Positions 18,809 through 27,173 of a DNA stretch of 64,000 bases are shown here, piece after piece. Below the pieces are notes generated by a model that worked only from the letters and a program-made list of their open reading frames with translations, ran no database searches and was not told the DNA's origin. The stretch is from Verrucomicrobia bacterium UBA1200 (GTDB taxonomy: Bacteria > Verrucomicrobiota > Kiritimatiellia > RFP12 > UBA1067): contig DBXY01000058.1 in the NCBI GenBank assembly GCA_002309765.1, forward strand, positions 8,989 through 72,988. Reading direction: 5' to 3'. The stretch's first letter is position 1. The number at the start of each line of letters is the position of its first letter. The translations under genes were made by a program, and so were the position numbers.

Positions 18809-19820
18809 TCAGCGCAATATTTTCCTTCTGGGTAAAACCAACGAGGCAAGGCCGAACAGCAACAGACCAGTTACCCCCGGCTCGGGGACAAGATCATACC
18901 CCACGATTATAGGATCGCCGTCCAGATTGATGCAGGACGAGCCGACGCCAATTTCCCCCATCGGCGAAAGCGGAAAGTACATAGTTGGTGCCGTCGTAAA
19001 CCGAAGGATTGCACTTCGTCCAAAACTCGTGTAAGTTGATGAGACCGTCGCCGTCCCAGTCCTGCCAGGCGTCGGCGACGTTAGTCGGGCATAAAAGTTC
19101 CCAGAAATCCAAGTAACCGTCGACATCCGTATCCTTGTCAATTGGATTAGTGCAACTGACGAATTCTTGAAAATTATTCAACCCGTCGCCGTCGCTGTCG
19201 CGGGAAAGCGGGTCGGTCGAGTTGCCGAGCGAGAAGCAGTACACTGCCGGGGTGACGCCGGACCCGACGCGGGCGAACGCCCGCGCCGAGGCGCCGCGGC
19301 CGGCGGAGTTGGTCGCCGTCCATATCCTCTCGTTACGAATCCCTTCCATGCGTCTCACGCTCACCGTCTCATCCACCGTTTTCAGCTCTTTGTTTCTTTC
19401 TTTAGATCAATAAGAGAGTGTCAACCTATCGTAAAACAGGACATAGCGGGCGGCCAGGAGGTCGGCCTGCCCGATCCCCGCGTCGGCGATGGCGAAGGGG
19501 GGCGCGCCGTCGCCGCCGGACATCATAACCGCGCCGGTCCCCGGGTCCTGCCAGACCAGAAACCGGCGGGCGGAGGTGCCGTCGGGGAGCCTCACGGCAG
19601 GAATGTCCAGGGCGGCCTGCGGCCAAGAGCCGTCGCCCACGTCGGCGCGGACGACCCCGGCGGGCACGGTGAGCCTGGCGCCGTCGCGCACCATGGGCGC
19701 CGACACCTGCGCGGCGCGGAAGGATTCTATAAAGCCGTCAAGCGACTGCGCCGATGCAAATGCCGCCGGCGCAACTGTAAATAAAACCACACAAAAACAA
19801 AACCTAACCACATTTTTCAT
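18809..19820 (-). pseudogene. interrupted gene for a secreted Ca-binding-repeat protein with PEP-CTERM anchor
   Basis: Signal peptide MKNVVRFCFCVVLFTVAPAAFASA (ATG at 19820). There is an in-frame TGA at 19407-19409. Three DxDxDG-type repeats follow (DSDGDGLNNFQEF, DKDTDVDGYLDFWE, DWDGDGLINLHEFW). A +1 frame change occurs near the C5 run at 18955-18959. The terminal VPEPGVTGLLLFGLASLVLPRRK is a PEP-CTERM motif. Confidence 0.65.
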
Positions 19821-19905
19821 AGACACTCTTACTTAATTACTCATTATGTTAAATGGTATACCGATTGTGCTGGGATTGTCAAGGCCAAATAAAAAAATGA
19901 AGCAA

Positions 19906-20055
19906 TTGCAAAACTTCTTCTTGCTTTCGCTACTTGGAGGCTAGGAGTTTTGGAGATCTGGAGAAAACTTCAAAAAATCTCCGAAACTCCAAGACTCCTT
20001 TTCTCCCAGCAGCGAAAGCAAACCGTGACCTTGCGGAATCAGAGGGGTTTTGCAA
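19906..20055. repeat. 150-nt nested palindrome containing (GGAGnnnn)x4 and (CTCCnnnn)x4 arrays; probable complex terminator of the prsW operon
   Basis: Outer arms TTGCAAAAC (19906-14) / GTTTTGCAA (20047-55). Inner arms TTGCTTTCGCT (19921-31) / AGCGAAAGCAA (20011-21). GGAG at 19936, 19944, 19952 and 19960; CTCC at 19979, 19987, 19995 and 20003. On the minus strand a T7 run (19891-97) follows. Confidence 0.6.
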
Positions 20056-20060
20056 CTGGC

Positions 20061-20768
20061 TCAATGTTTTATAATTGAGTAAACTATCGCACCGGCGTTG
20101 AAAAATCCGTGTAAAACCACGGCGGCGATAATCCAGCGCATCGCCGGGACTAAATCGGCCTCGGTTTGTGCGTCATGCGCCCGACGCCAGCAACGGGACA
20201 ACCCGTACCCCGATATTGCGGTACCGGCCATGTGCAGCGCGGTGCAGGCCGTCAACCTAAAAGCGACGATCCCGGCGGTAAGCTGGTCTTTAGGGATATA
20301 GATGAATAAATACAGCAGGTTTTCGATAACGGCAAAGGTGAACCCCGACATCAGGCATACCGCCATAATGGCGTTGTCGCTGGAAAACCGCCAAGGGCGT
20401 TTTTCCAGAGTCATCAGAGGAATCAGGATCTTGCCGAACTCCTCCACCGTCGGGGCAATGAGGACCGTCGAAAAGAAAACCAGCGTCGATGAGTTGCGGA
20501 TCTCGCCGAAAAAAGCGCAAAGTATGGCCAAAAGCCCCGAACAGCACAACATCTTGAAGATTGGTGCCGCTTGCGGCACGGATTCGGACCGCCGCCACTG
20601 CTCGGCGATTTTTACAGCATGATCCTTTAGCGCCGCTTGGGCTAGCGCGTTTTCCGCCAGGGCCGGTTCGCCGCCAATACTGTCGGCATCAAATGACGTC
20701 TCCTCCAATGAACCGGTAAGCGCCGGCTCTTCAGCGACATCTCTCGTCCCGGTGAACGAATCAGACAT
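20061..20768 (-). CDS. PrsW/CPBP-like intramembrane metalloprotease with ~85-aa acidic N-terminal extension
   Basis: Start set at the ATG at 20768 (MSDSFTG), overlapping the upstream stop (ATGTCTGA). Motifs: VEEFGKILIP (EExxK), FAVIENLLY, HMAGT, HGFFN (HxxxN). At least 6 predicted TM segments. Confidence 0.7.
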   Translation of the reverse strand: MSDSFTGTRDVAEEPALTGSLEETSFDADSIGGEPALAENALAQAALKDHAVKIAEQWRRSESVPQAAPIFKMLCCSGLLAILCAFFGEIRNSSTLVFFSTVLIAPTVEEFGKILIPLMTLEKRPWRFSSDNAIMAVCLMSGFTFAVIENLLYLFIYIPKDQLTAGIVAFRLTACTALHMAGTAISGYGLSRCWRRAHDAQTEADLVPAMRWIIAAVVLHGFFNAGAIVYSIIKH

Positions 20769-21288
20769 TTTCCTCATTTCTGGCGCGAAGGTACGCCGTG
20801 CCCGAAACCATGCAAACCGCCATATCCATGTTCTTTTTCTTCCCGGCGCCAGCCGCGTTGCCGCCAATGTCAGAAGAATCAAACCGGACATTGCAGATAG
20901 CGTCATACCCCAACGACTTGGCCTGATCGATCATCCGCAACAACGCCTCCCGCCTGGCACGGGCAAACAACCGACTGTAGTAGGCCGATTCGCCGCCAAA
21001 GATGTTACGTAAACCGAAAACGAAACGTTTGAATGCGTCGCTGGCAATAGCGGCCTCGCCACAGACTAACGCCACCGGATGAGCGGGGTTGACGGTCGCT
21101 GAGAACCCTTTAAGGTTAGTCAGCCGGATATCTCCGATCTTCGATTCCCGGGCGAGAAGGCTTTTAAGGTGCTTCTTCTCAATCACCATGCCCACGCTCC
21201 ACCAAACGAAAAGTAAAAGGATTGGAAGGCCAATCTGCAAAAATGTGATGATAAGAGCAGTGGTGGCTTCAGAATCAGTTTGTATCAC
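20761..21288 (-). CDS. membrane-anchored YbjQ (UPF0145) domain protein
   Basis: 175 aa. One N-terminal TM segment (ALIITFLQIGLPILLLFVWWSVGMVI) is followed by a YbjQ-type domain (FGLRNIFGGESAYYSRLFARARREALLRMIDQAKSLGYDAICNVRFD). Confidence 0.75.
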   Translation of the reverse strand: MIQTDSEATTALIITFLQIGLPILLLFVWWSVGMVIEKKHLKSLLARESKIGDIRLTNLKGFSATVNPAHPVALVCGEAAIASDAFKRFVFGLRNIFGGESAYYSRLFARARREALLRMIDQAKSLGYDAICNVRFDSSDIGGNAAGAGKKKNMDMAVCMVSGTAYLRARNEENV

Positions 21289-21327
21289 GCGAAACCGCCT
21301 TTCTTTTTAACTTGCTCGTAATCAAGG

Positions 21328-21651
21328 TCAGTTTAACGGGGCGACGGTCGCGGCGGTTCCGTAGGCCATAATCTCGGAGGCGCCAGCGGTGATCGCACTG
21401 GTGGAGAAGCGGACGTTAAGAATCGCGTTCGCGCCAAGTTGCTTGGCCTGTTCCATCATTCTCACGGTTGCCTCGCGCCGGGATTCGGTAAGCAACTCGG
21501 TGTATCCCTTCAGCTCGCCGCCAACAATGTTTTTAAATCCGGCGGCAAGGTCACGCCCGATATGCTTGGCGCGAACGGTGTTCCCTTGAACCAGCCCCTT
21601 AACCTCAACGATTTGGAAACCAGGGATGGAATCGGTATTGACAACAAACAT
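21328..21651 (-). CDS. YbjQ family (UPF0145) protein
   Basis: Start set at the ATG at 21651 (MFVVNTDSIPGF) behind GGAGGTAATAACC. Full-length match to the YbjQ pattern (GNTVRAKHIGRDLAAGFKNIVGGELKGYTELLTESRREATVRMMEQAKQLGANAILNVRF). Confidence 0.85.
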   Translation of the reverse strand: MFVVNTDSIPGFQIVEVKGLVQGNTVRAKHIGRDLAAGFKNIVGGELKGYTELLTESRREATVRMMEQAKQLGANAILNVRFSTSAITAGASEIMAYGTAATVAPLN

Positions 21652-21810
21652 GGTTATTACCTCCAAAGCATTTTAACGCAGCTTTCCGCCACAACGGCGG
21701 CAAGACGAAACCTCAAAACCCATAACCGTAAACAAGGTTAACATTTTGACATTCACGCGTCAACACGAAAACTTTGCGCCTTTACGCCTTTGCGACCTTA
21801 CGGCTACGCC

Positions 21811-21838
21811 TTGACATCGACAAAATATCAGGTATAAT
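21811..21838 (+). promoter_or_regulatory. near-consensus sigma70 promoter of the sialic-acid operon
   Basis: TTGACA (21811-16), 16 nt spacer, TATAAT (21833-38). It lies about 49 nt upstream of the ATG at 21887. Confidence 0.55.
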
Positions 21839-21886
21839 TGTAAATAGTAAATGTTGGTTTGTTTTTGGTTTCTCCGAGGGAACGGA

Positions 21887-24520
21887 ATGGGAAAATTTCT
21901 TTTAGGCTGTTTTTTTGCCGTGGCAATGTCATGGCCGGTTTTTCCGGCTCCGGTACGCATTGAATGGAAAGCGCCGGAGACTATGCCGGCCACCGTCGCC
22001 CGCCCGTTCCACGGTTATCTGCCGGACGGGCGTTTTGTCGTCGCGGGCGGCAGCGATTTCATTGATGGGAAGAAGGCGTACAGCGCGGACATCAATGTTC
22101 GCGAGCAGGATGGAACGTGGAAGAAAATCGGCGAGCTTCCGTATCCCGTCGCCGAAGGAGTTTGTTGCGAGACGCCAAAGGGTATCTTCTGCGCGGGGGG
22201 AACGGACGGAAAGGCAACTTTTTCAGAAGCGTTCCTGCTTACTATAGAAAGCGGCATTCCTCGCGTCTCAAGTCTTCCGCCTCTTCACGAGCCGCTGTCG
22301 ATGGGCGCGGCGGCGGCCGACGGTGAGAAGGTCTATGTCGTTGCGTCGAAGAAGGTGTGGTCTCTCGACTTGGCCAAGGCGTTTGACCCCGATCCGGAGG
22401 CTCGAAAGGTTGGGGATTGGGTACTTGTCAGCGAAATCCCCGGCCCGGCGCGCGAGCAAATGGTTGCCGCCATCCAAAACGGCGACCAGAAGGAAAAGAT
22501 GCTAGTCATCTACGGCGGCTATGATGTCACTACGAAACAGCCGCTTCATGATGGCTATGCAATCTTCCTTTCCAGAATAACCGCCAAACTACCTAACTGC
22601 CCAACTACCCAACCATCCACAAAGAAGCTTGCGCCGCTTCCAGAAAACACCACCACCATCGGCGCGGCGTTTCTGCCTAGCGGACACCAGCACATACTGC
22701 TTATCGGCGGCTTTGGCGAGAAGGGGTGGATTGACCGCGCGATAAACGGCTCGACCGAGACCGATTCTGAGAAGCTCGGCTGGCAGAGGAATATCCTCGC
22801 CTACAACTGCGTGACGGATGCGTGGTGCGAATACGGCAAAATCGCCTCCGATGACAAACCGCGCTGCGGCGCGGCGGCGGCGATTCGCCCCGGCAAGACG
22901 CCGGAGCAATACACGATTTTTATCGCGGGCGGTGAGATCGCGCCTAAAATGCGGACGGCCGCGGTTAGCGTAGCGAGCTTCAGAAAGACCGGCAAGTTCG
23001 GCGCGGCGGCCTGGGCGGTTGTGGGCGTCTATGCGCTCTTTATGGTCGCGATGGCAGTTTACTTCATCCGAAAGAAAAAGGATGAAAACGACTACTTCCG
23101 GGGCGGGAAACGGATTCCGTGGTATGTGGCGGGAATGAGTATCTTCGCCACTATGCTCTCTTCGATCACCTTCATCGCAATTCCAACGCAGGCGTATTTG
23201 CAGGATTGGCGGTACTTCGTGATGGCGTTCTTCATCATCGGCATGGCACCTGTGGCGATTTACTTCTATCTGCCGTTCTTCTGCCGTCTCGGGATTACGA
23301 GCGCTTACGAATACCTGGAAAAGCGCTTCAACCTCGGCGTGCGGCTCTTCGGTTCGGCGGCGTTCGTTGTCTTTATGGTCTGCCGCGTCGCGGTGGTGAC
23401 GCTGCTTCCCGCGATCGCGCTCAATGCCGTAACGGGAATTTCAATCGACGCCTGTATCCTCATCTGTGGCGTTCTCACGATGATTTATTGCTCACTCGGC
23501 GGACTTGAGGCGGTCATCTGGTCCGACTTCGTTCAGGGCATCGTCCTCATGGGCGGCGCGGTCTCGGTGCTGGTGCTCCTAATCATGAAAACGGGCGCGA
23601 ACGGCGCACACTTCTCGACATTCTGGAACGTAGCCAGTACCTACAACAAGACCACAATGTGGGATTTCCGCCTTCTCTTCACGCAACCCGTCTTCTGGGT
23701 TGTCGCGGTTCAAGGCCTCATCTCCAACCTCTCTTCCTACACGAGCGACCAGTGCGTTATTCAACGCTACATCGCGACACCGGACGAGAACGCGACCAGA
23801 CGTTCACTCTGGTTCAACGGGTGCATGAGTGTCTTCGCGCAAGTGGTGTTCTACGGAATCGGCATGGCGCTCTTTACGTTTTACCACACGCACCCGGAGA
23901 CGATGGACGTGACGATGCCGAAAGGCGATTCGATTCTCCCGACCTTCATGGCAACGGAGATGCCGCCGTGGCTCGCGGGACTCGTAATCGCGGCGGTCTT
24001 CGCGGCGACGATCTCGACCTTGTCCGCAAACTTGAGTTCCGCTTCTACGGCGCTCGTCACGGACTTTATCAAGCGCTTCAAACCCGATATCCCCGGAAAG
24101 ACGCAAATCCGCTGCGGTCAGGTCTGCACCTATGTAGTCGGCATTATGGGCATCATGGCGGCGCTCACACTCGCGCGTATGGAGTCGAGCGCGCTTTTCG
24201 ACAACTTCAACAAGTACATTGCCATGCTGACGGCGGGCTTGACGGGACTCTTCTTTATGGGCGTATTCATGCCGCGCATCAAGGGCGTAGCGGCGGTTTT
24301 GGGCCTTGCGGCCAACTACTTCGTCTGTTTCAGCTGCGAAATTCTGCACTGCAATGTGTTTGGGCTCAAGTTCCATCCGTTCCTTCTGGGCGGCATCGGG
24401 CTGGCGGTGTGCGTGGCCGTGGCCTGGATCGCCAGTCATATCTTTCGTGAAAAAGGGCATGACCTGAACGGTCTTACCCTTAAAACCCTGAAACCGCAAA
24501 CACCATCCGGAGAGCAATAA
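21887..24520 (+). CDS. fusion protein: NanM-like Kelch/mutarotase beta-propeller + sodium:solute symporter (sialic-acid transporter-like)
   Basis: Start set at the ATG at 21887 (MGKFLLGCFFAVAMSWPVFPA signal). The N-terminal ~370 aa have Kelch-like blades (GGSDF, CAGGTDG, VIYGGYD, LLIGGFGEKGW, IFIAGGE). The C-terminal ~500 aa carry the SSS signature (YFRGGKRIPWYVAGMSIFATMLSSITFIAIPTQAY) and about 13 TM segments. Confidence 0.8.
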   Translation: MGKFLLGCFFAVAMSWPVFPAPVRIEWKAPETMPATVARPFHGYLPDGRFVVAGGSDFIDGKKAYSADINVREQDGTWKKIGELPYPVAEGVCCETPKGIFCAGGTDGKATFSEAFLLTIESGIPRVSSLPPLHEPLSMGAAAADGEKVYVVASKKVWSLDLAKAFDPDPEARKVGDWVLVSEIPGPAREQMVAAIQNGDQKEKMLVIYGGYDVTTKQPLHDGYAIFLSRITAKLPNCPTTQPSTKKLAPLPENTTTIGAAFLPSGHQHILLIGGFGEKGWIDRAINGSTETDSEKLGWQRNILAYNCVTDAWCEYGKIASDDKPRCGAAAAIRPGKTPEQYTIFIAGGEIAPKMRTAAVSVASFRKTGKFGAAAWAVVGVYALFMVAMAVYFIRKKKDENDYFRGGKRIPWYVAGMSIFATMLSSITFIAIPTQAYLQDWRYFVMAFFIIGMAPVAIYFYLPFFCRLGITSAYEYLEKRFNLGVRLFGSAAFVVFMVCRVAVVTLLPAIALNAVTGISIDACILICGVLTMIYCSLGGLEAVIWSDFVQGIVLMGGAVSVLVLLIMKTGANGAHFSTFWNVASTYNKTTMWDFRLLFTQPVFWVVAVQGLISNLSSYTSDQCVIQRYIATPDENATRRSLWFNGCMSVFAQVVFYGIGMALFTFYHTHPETMDVTMPKGDSILPTFMATEMPPWLAGLVIAAVFAATISTLSANLSSASTALVTDFIKRFKPDIPGKTQIRCGQVCTYVVGIMGIMAALTLARMESSALFDNFNKYIAMLTAGLTGLFFMGVFMPRIKGVAAVLGLAANYFVCFSCEILHCNVFGLKFHPFLLGGIGLAVCVAVAWIASHIFREKGHDLNGLTLKTLKPQTPSGEQ
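22584..22623. repeat. A/C-rich, nearly G-free element inside the nanM-symporter coding sequence
   Basis: The element reads ccaaACTACCTAACTgCCCAACTACCcAACCatccacaaa. It shares ACCTAACTxCC and AACTACCxAACC blocks with the intergenic copies at 36280-36305 and 36444-36481. It encodes the linker AKLPNCPTTQPST. Confidence 0.5.
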
Positions 24521-25416
24521 TGGCCATCAAGAAACTTAAGGGATTAATCGCGGCGGTCCACACGCCGTTCAACGCCGACGGCAGCGTCAACCTCGCGCTG
24601 GTATCCAAGCAAGCCGACCTGCTGGTACGGCAGAATGTTACCGGCGTTTACATTTCCGGCACCACCGGAGAGGGCATCTGCTGTTCCGTAGCCGAACGCA
24701 AGGCCCTGTTCGACGCCTGGACGGCAACCGCCAAAGGCAAACTGTACCTCATAGCGCACATCGGCGCGTTAGCGATCCCGGACGTGCAGGAACTCGGCGC
24801 CCATGCGGTAGAATGCGGCATGGACGCCACCTCCATCGTTCCGCCGAATTTCTTCAAGCCGGGTTCGATCGACGCCCTGATTGATTACTTGACCGAAGCG
24901 CTGCGGACCAGCACAAAACTGCCGTTCTACTACTACCACACCGGAATGTCCGGGGTTAACTTCGATATGCAGGCATTCCTCGAAAAAGCGGACGGTAAGA
25001 TCGGGAATCTCGCCGGAATCAAATTCAACTACGCCGACCTCTATATGTACCAGCGTTGCCTTCGCGCCTGCGGCGGGAAATACGATATCACCTGGGGCAT
25101 CGATGAATGGTTCGCCGGCGCAGTGGCGTGCGGGGCGCAATCTGCCATCGGCTCGACCTACAACTATGCCGCCGGCATTTACTACAAGATTTGGGACGCG
25201 GTCAAAAAGGGTGACCTTAAAAAGGCGCAGACCGGCATGAAAAAGGTTTGCGACATTGTGGACATTCTGGTGCAGTACGGCGGTGTCGCCGGAGGTAAGG
25301 CGATGATGAAGGTTTGGGGTCTGGATTTAGGCGACGTCCGTCGCCCGAACGTCGCGCTTTCTGAAGCCGCCAAGGCGGATTGCGTCTCCAGACTGAAAAA
25401 AATCGGATATAGGTAA
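24520..25416 (+). CDS. nanA: N-acetylneuraminate lyase
   Basis: 298 aa of the DHDPS/NAL family: GLIAAVHTPFNADGSVN, GVYISGTTGEG, and the Schiff-base lysine context LAGIKFNYAD. The start overlaps the upstream stop (TAATG). Confidence 0.85.
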   Translation: MAIKKLKGLIAAVHTPFNADGSVNLALVSKQADLLVRQNVTGVYISGTTGEGICCSVAERKALFDAWTATAKGKLYLIAHIGALAIPDVQELGAHAVECGMDATSIVPPNFFKPGSIDALIDYLTEALRTSTKLPFYYYHTGMSGVNFDMQAFLEKADGKIGNLAGIKFNYADLYMYQRCLRACGGKYDITWGIDEWFAGAVACGAQSAIGSTYNYAAGIYYKIWDAVKKGDLKKAQTGMKKVCDIVDILVQYGGVAGGKAMMKVWGLDLGDVRRPNVALSEAAKADCVSRLKKIGYR

Positions 25417-25419
25417 ACC

Positions 25420-26592
25420 ATGAAGCGATCTCCCTATTGGCATAGATGGAACTGGATCTATAAGACGGAGTTTCTTGACAATGTCATGCCGTTCTGGCTG
25501 AAATACGGATGGGATCGTTCGCACGGTGGCGTCTATACCTGTCTAAACCGCGACGGATCGCTAATGGACACCACTAAATCCGTTTGGTTCCAAGGCCGGT
25601 TCGGCTGGATTTGCGCATACGCCTACAACCGGCTGGAAAAGATGCCGGAATATTTGGCCGCAAGCCGCAGTTGCTGCGAATTTCTGGACGAACATTGCTT
25701 CGACCAAGACGGACGCGCGTTTTTCGAGGTCACCGCCGACGGTATCGGTCTCAGAAAACGCCGTTACGTTTTTTCCGAGTGTTTCGCCGCGATTGCCTAC
25801 GCGGAATATTCGTTGGCCAGCGGCGACCGTAAATGGGGCAGAAAGGCCGTCAACCTGTTCAAGCGGATCCGGAAATTCACTGCGCACCCCAACAAATGGA
25901 TGCCGGCAAAATACGAACCGGCATTTGCCGCCCAAGGGCACTCGCTGACAATGATTCTCATCAACGTGGCAAATGTGCTCAAGCAGATTTCGGACGACCC
26001 GTTGTTGGATCGGCAGATTGACGAGTCCATCGACTCCTTGACCCGTTATTTCATCCATCCCGAATTCAAGGCACTGCTGGAGACGGTCGGCCCGAACGGC
26101 GAGTTCATCGACACTCTCGCCGGACGGGTGATCAATCCCGGCCACTGCATTGAGACCGCCTGGTTTTTAATGGAGGTGGCCACGGCCCGCAATGACCGGA
26201 AATTACTCTCCACTGCGCTGCAAATACTGGATTGGTCGTGGGCTTGGGGCTGGGACAAGCAGTTCGGCGGCATCGTTTCCTTTAAGGATTGCCGGAATCT
26301 GCCGCCCCAGTGCTACGAGCAGGACATGAAATTCTGGTGGCCGCACTGTGAGGCGATCATTGCTTCGGCTTACGCCTACCGTTTGACCCGCGAGCCCAAA
26401 TACCGCAAGATGCACCAGCTAGTCAGCGATTGGACGTGGGAGCATTTTAAAGACCTCAAATATCCCGAATGGTACGGCTACCTTCATCGGGACGGTACAG
26501 TGGCGCAACCCGCAAAGGGCAACCTCTTCAAAGGCCCGTTCCACATTCCGCGAATGCTGGTGAAAACCTGGGAACTGACCCGCGATCTTTAG
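25420..26592 (+). CDS. N-acylglucosamine 2-epimerase (AGE family)
   Basis: 390 aa. AGE/renin-binding-protein-like (alpha/alpha)6 pattern: FLDNVMPFWLKYGWDRSHGGVYTCLNRDG, KSVWFQGRFGW, INPGHCIETAWF, KFWWPHCEA. It follows nanA after 3 nt. Confidence 0.8.
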   Translation: MKRSPYWHRWNWIYKTEFLDNVMPFWLKYGWDRSHGGVYTCLNRDGSLMDTTKSVWFQGRFGWICAYAYNRLEKMPEYLAASRSCCEFLDEHCFDQDGRAFFEVTADGIGLRKRRYVFSECFAAIAYAEYSLASGDRKWGRKAVNLFKRIRKFTAHPNKWMPAKYEPAFAAQGHSLTMILINVANVLKQISDDPLLDRQIDESIDSLTRYFIHPEFKALLETVGPNGEFIDTLAGRVINPGHCIETAWFLMEVATARNDRKLLSTALQILDWSWAWGWDKQFGGIVSFKDCRNLPPQCYEQDMKFWWPHCEAIIASAYAYRLTREPKYRKMHQLVSDWTWEHFKDLKYPEWYGYLHRDGTVAQPAKGNLFKGPFHIPRMLVKTWELTRDL

Positions 26593-27173
26593 CAGTTGCA
26601 CGGACAAAGGAACAACAGCCAGCCAAGCACGGCGGAGATTGCCAGCAACCACACCACGTTGAGCCGCTTCCACCGCAACTGTACGGCCAGCACCACCGCG
26701 AAAACGACCGCACCCTGCCAGCAGATACCTCTGGCAGGGTTATGCAGCAGTTCCCTCAACTTGCAGGTTAACACCGAGGTTTCTGCAAAGAACACCACCG
26801 CCGCCGCGATGATTCCCAGTACGCAAGGACGGATGCCGGATAGCACCGTACCAAGTGTTTTTGATTTAGCCATTCGCTGCAAAAAAATTGCGGCGGCAAC
26901 CGTCAACACAAATGACGGTGTCACCATCCCCAGCGTTGCGCACAACGCGCCAGGAATCCCGGCCTGATTCATCCCCACAAACGTGGCGGCATTCAACCCT
27001 AACGGTCCCGGTGTGACCTGTGCCAGCGCAACAAGATTGGCGAATTCCGACGCATCCATATATGCGTGTTTCACCACAATCTCATCCTGAAACAACGGAA
27101 TCATCGCATAACCGCCGCCAAAGGTCAGCGTTGACACTTTCGCAAACAGCAGATACAACTGCAACAGACTCAT
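26589..27173 (-). CDS. chrA: chromate transporter family protein (short-chain CHR, C-terminal-type half)
   Basis: 194 aa, multi-TM, with FGGGYAMIPL...GPLGLNAATFVG blocks. It overlaps its partner by 4 nt. Confidence 0.75.
   Translation of the reverse strand: MSLLQLYLLFAKVSTLTFGGGYAMIPLFQDEIVVKHAYMDASEFANLVALAQVTPGPLGLNAATFVGMNQAGIPGALCATLGMVTPSFVLTVAAAIFLQRMAKSKTLGTVLSGIRPCVLGIIAAAVVFFAETSVLTCKLRELLHNPARGICWQGAVVFAVVLAVQLRWKRLNVVWLLAISAVLGWLLFLCPCNC

Noticed and set aside
19407-19409. In-frame TGA in the PEP-CTERM gene read as selenocysteine or programmed readthrough.
   Set aside because: No SECIS-like hairpin is evident immediately downstream, and the residue context is not a redox motif. 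The same gene also carries a frameshift and sits beside an IS remnant, so decay is the simpler explanation.
18539-19831. 12-nt direct repeat ATAGACACTCTT at 18540-18551 and 19820-19831, flanking the transposase stub and pseudogene (possible target-site duplication or element boundaries).
   Set aside because: A single 12-mer match is expected by chance many times in a 64-kb window. One copy overlaps the start-codon region of the gene, and no inverted terminal repeats accompany the pair.
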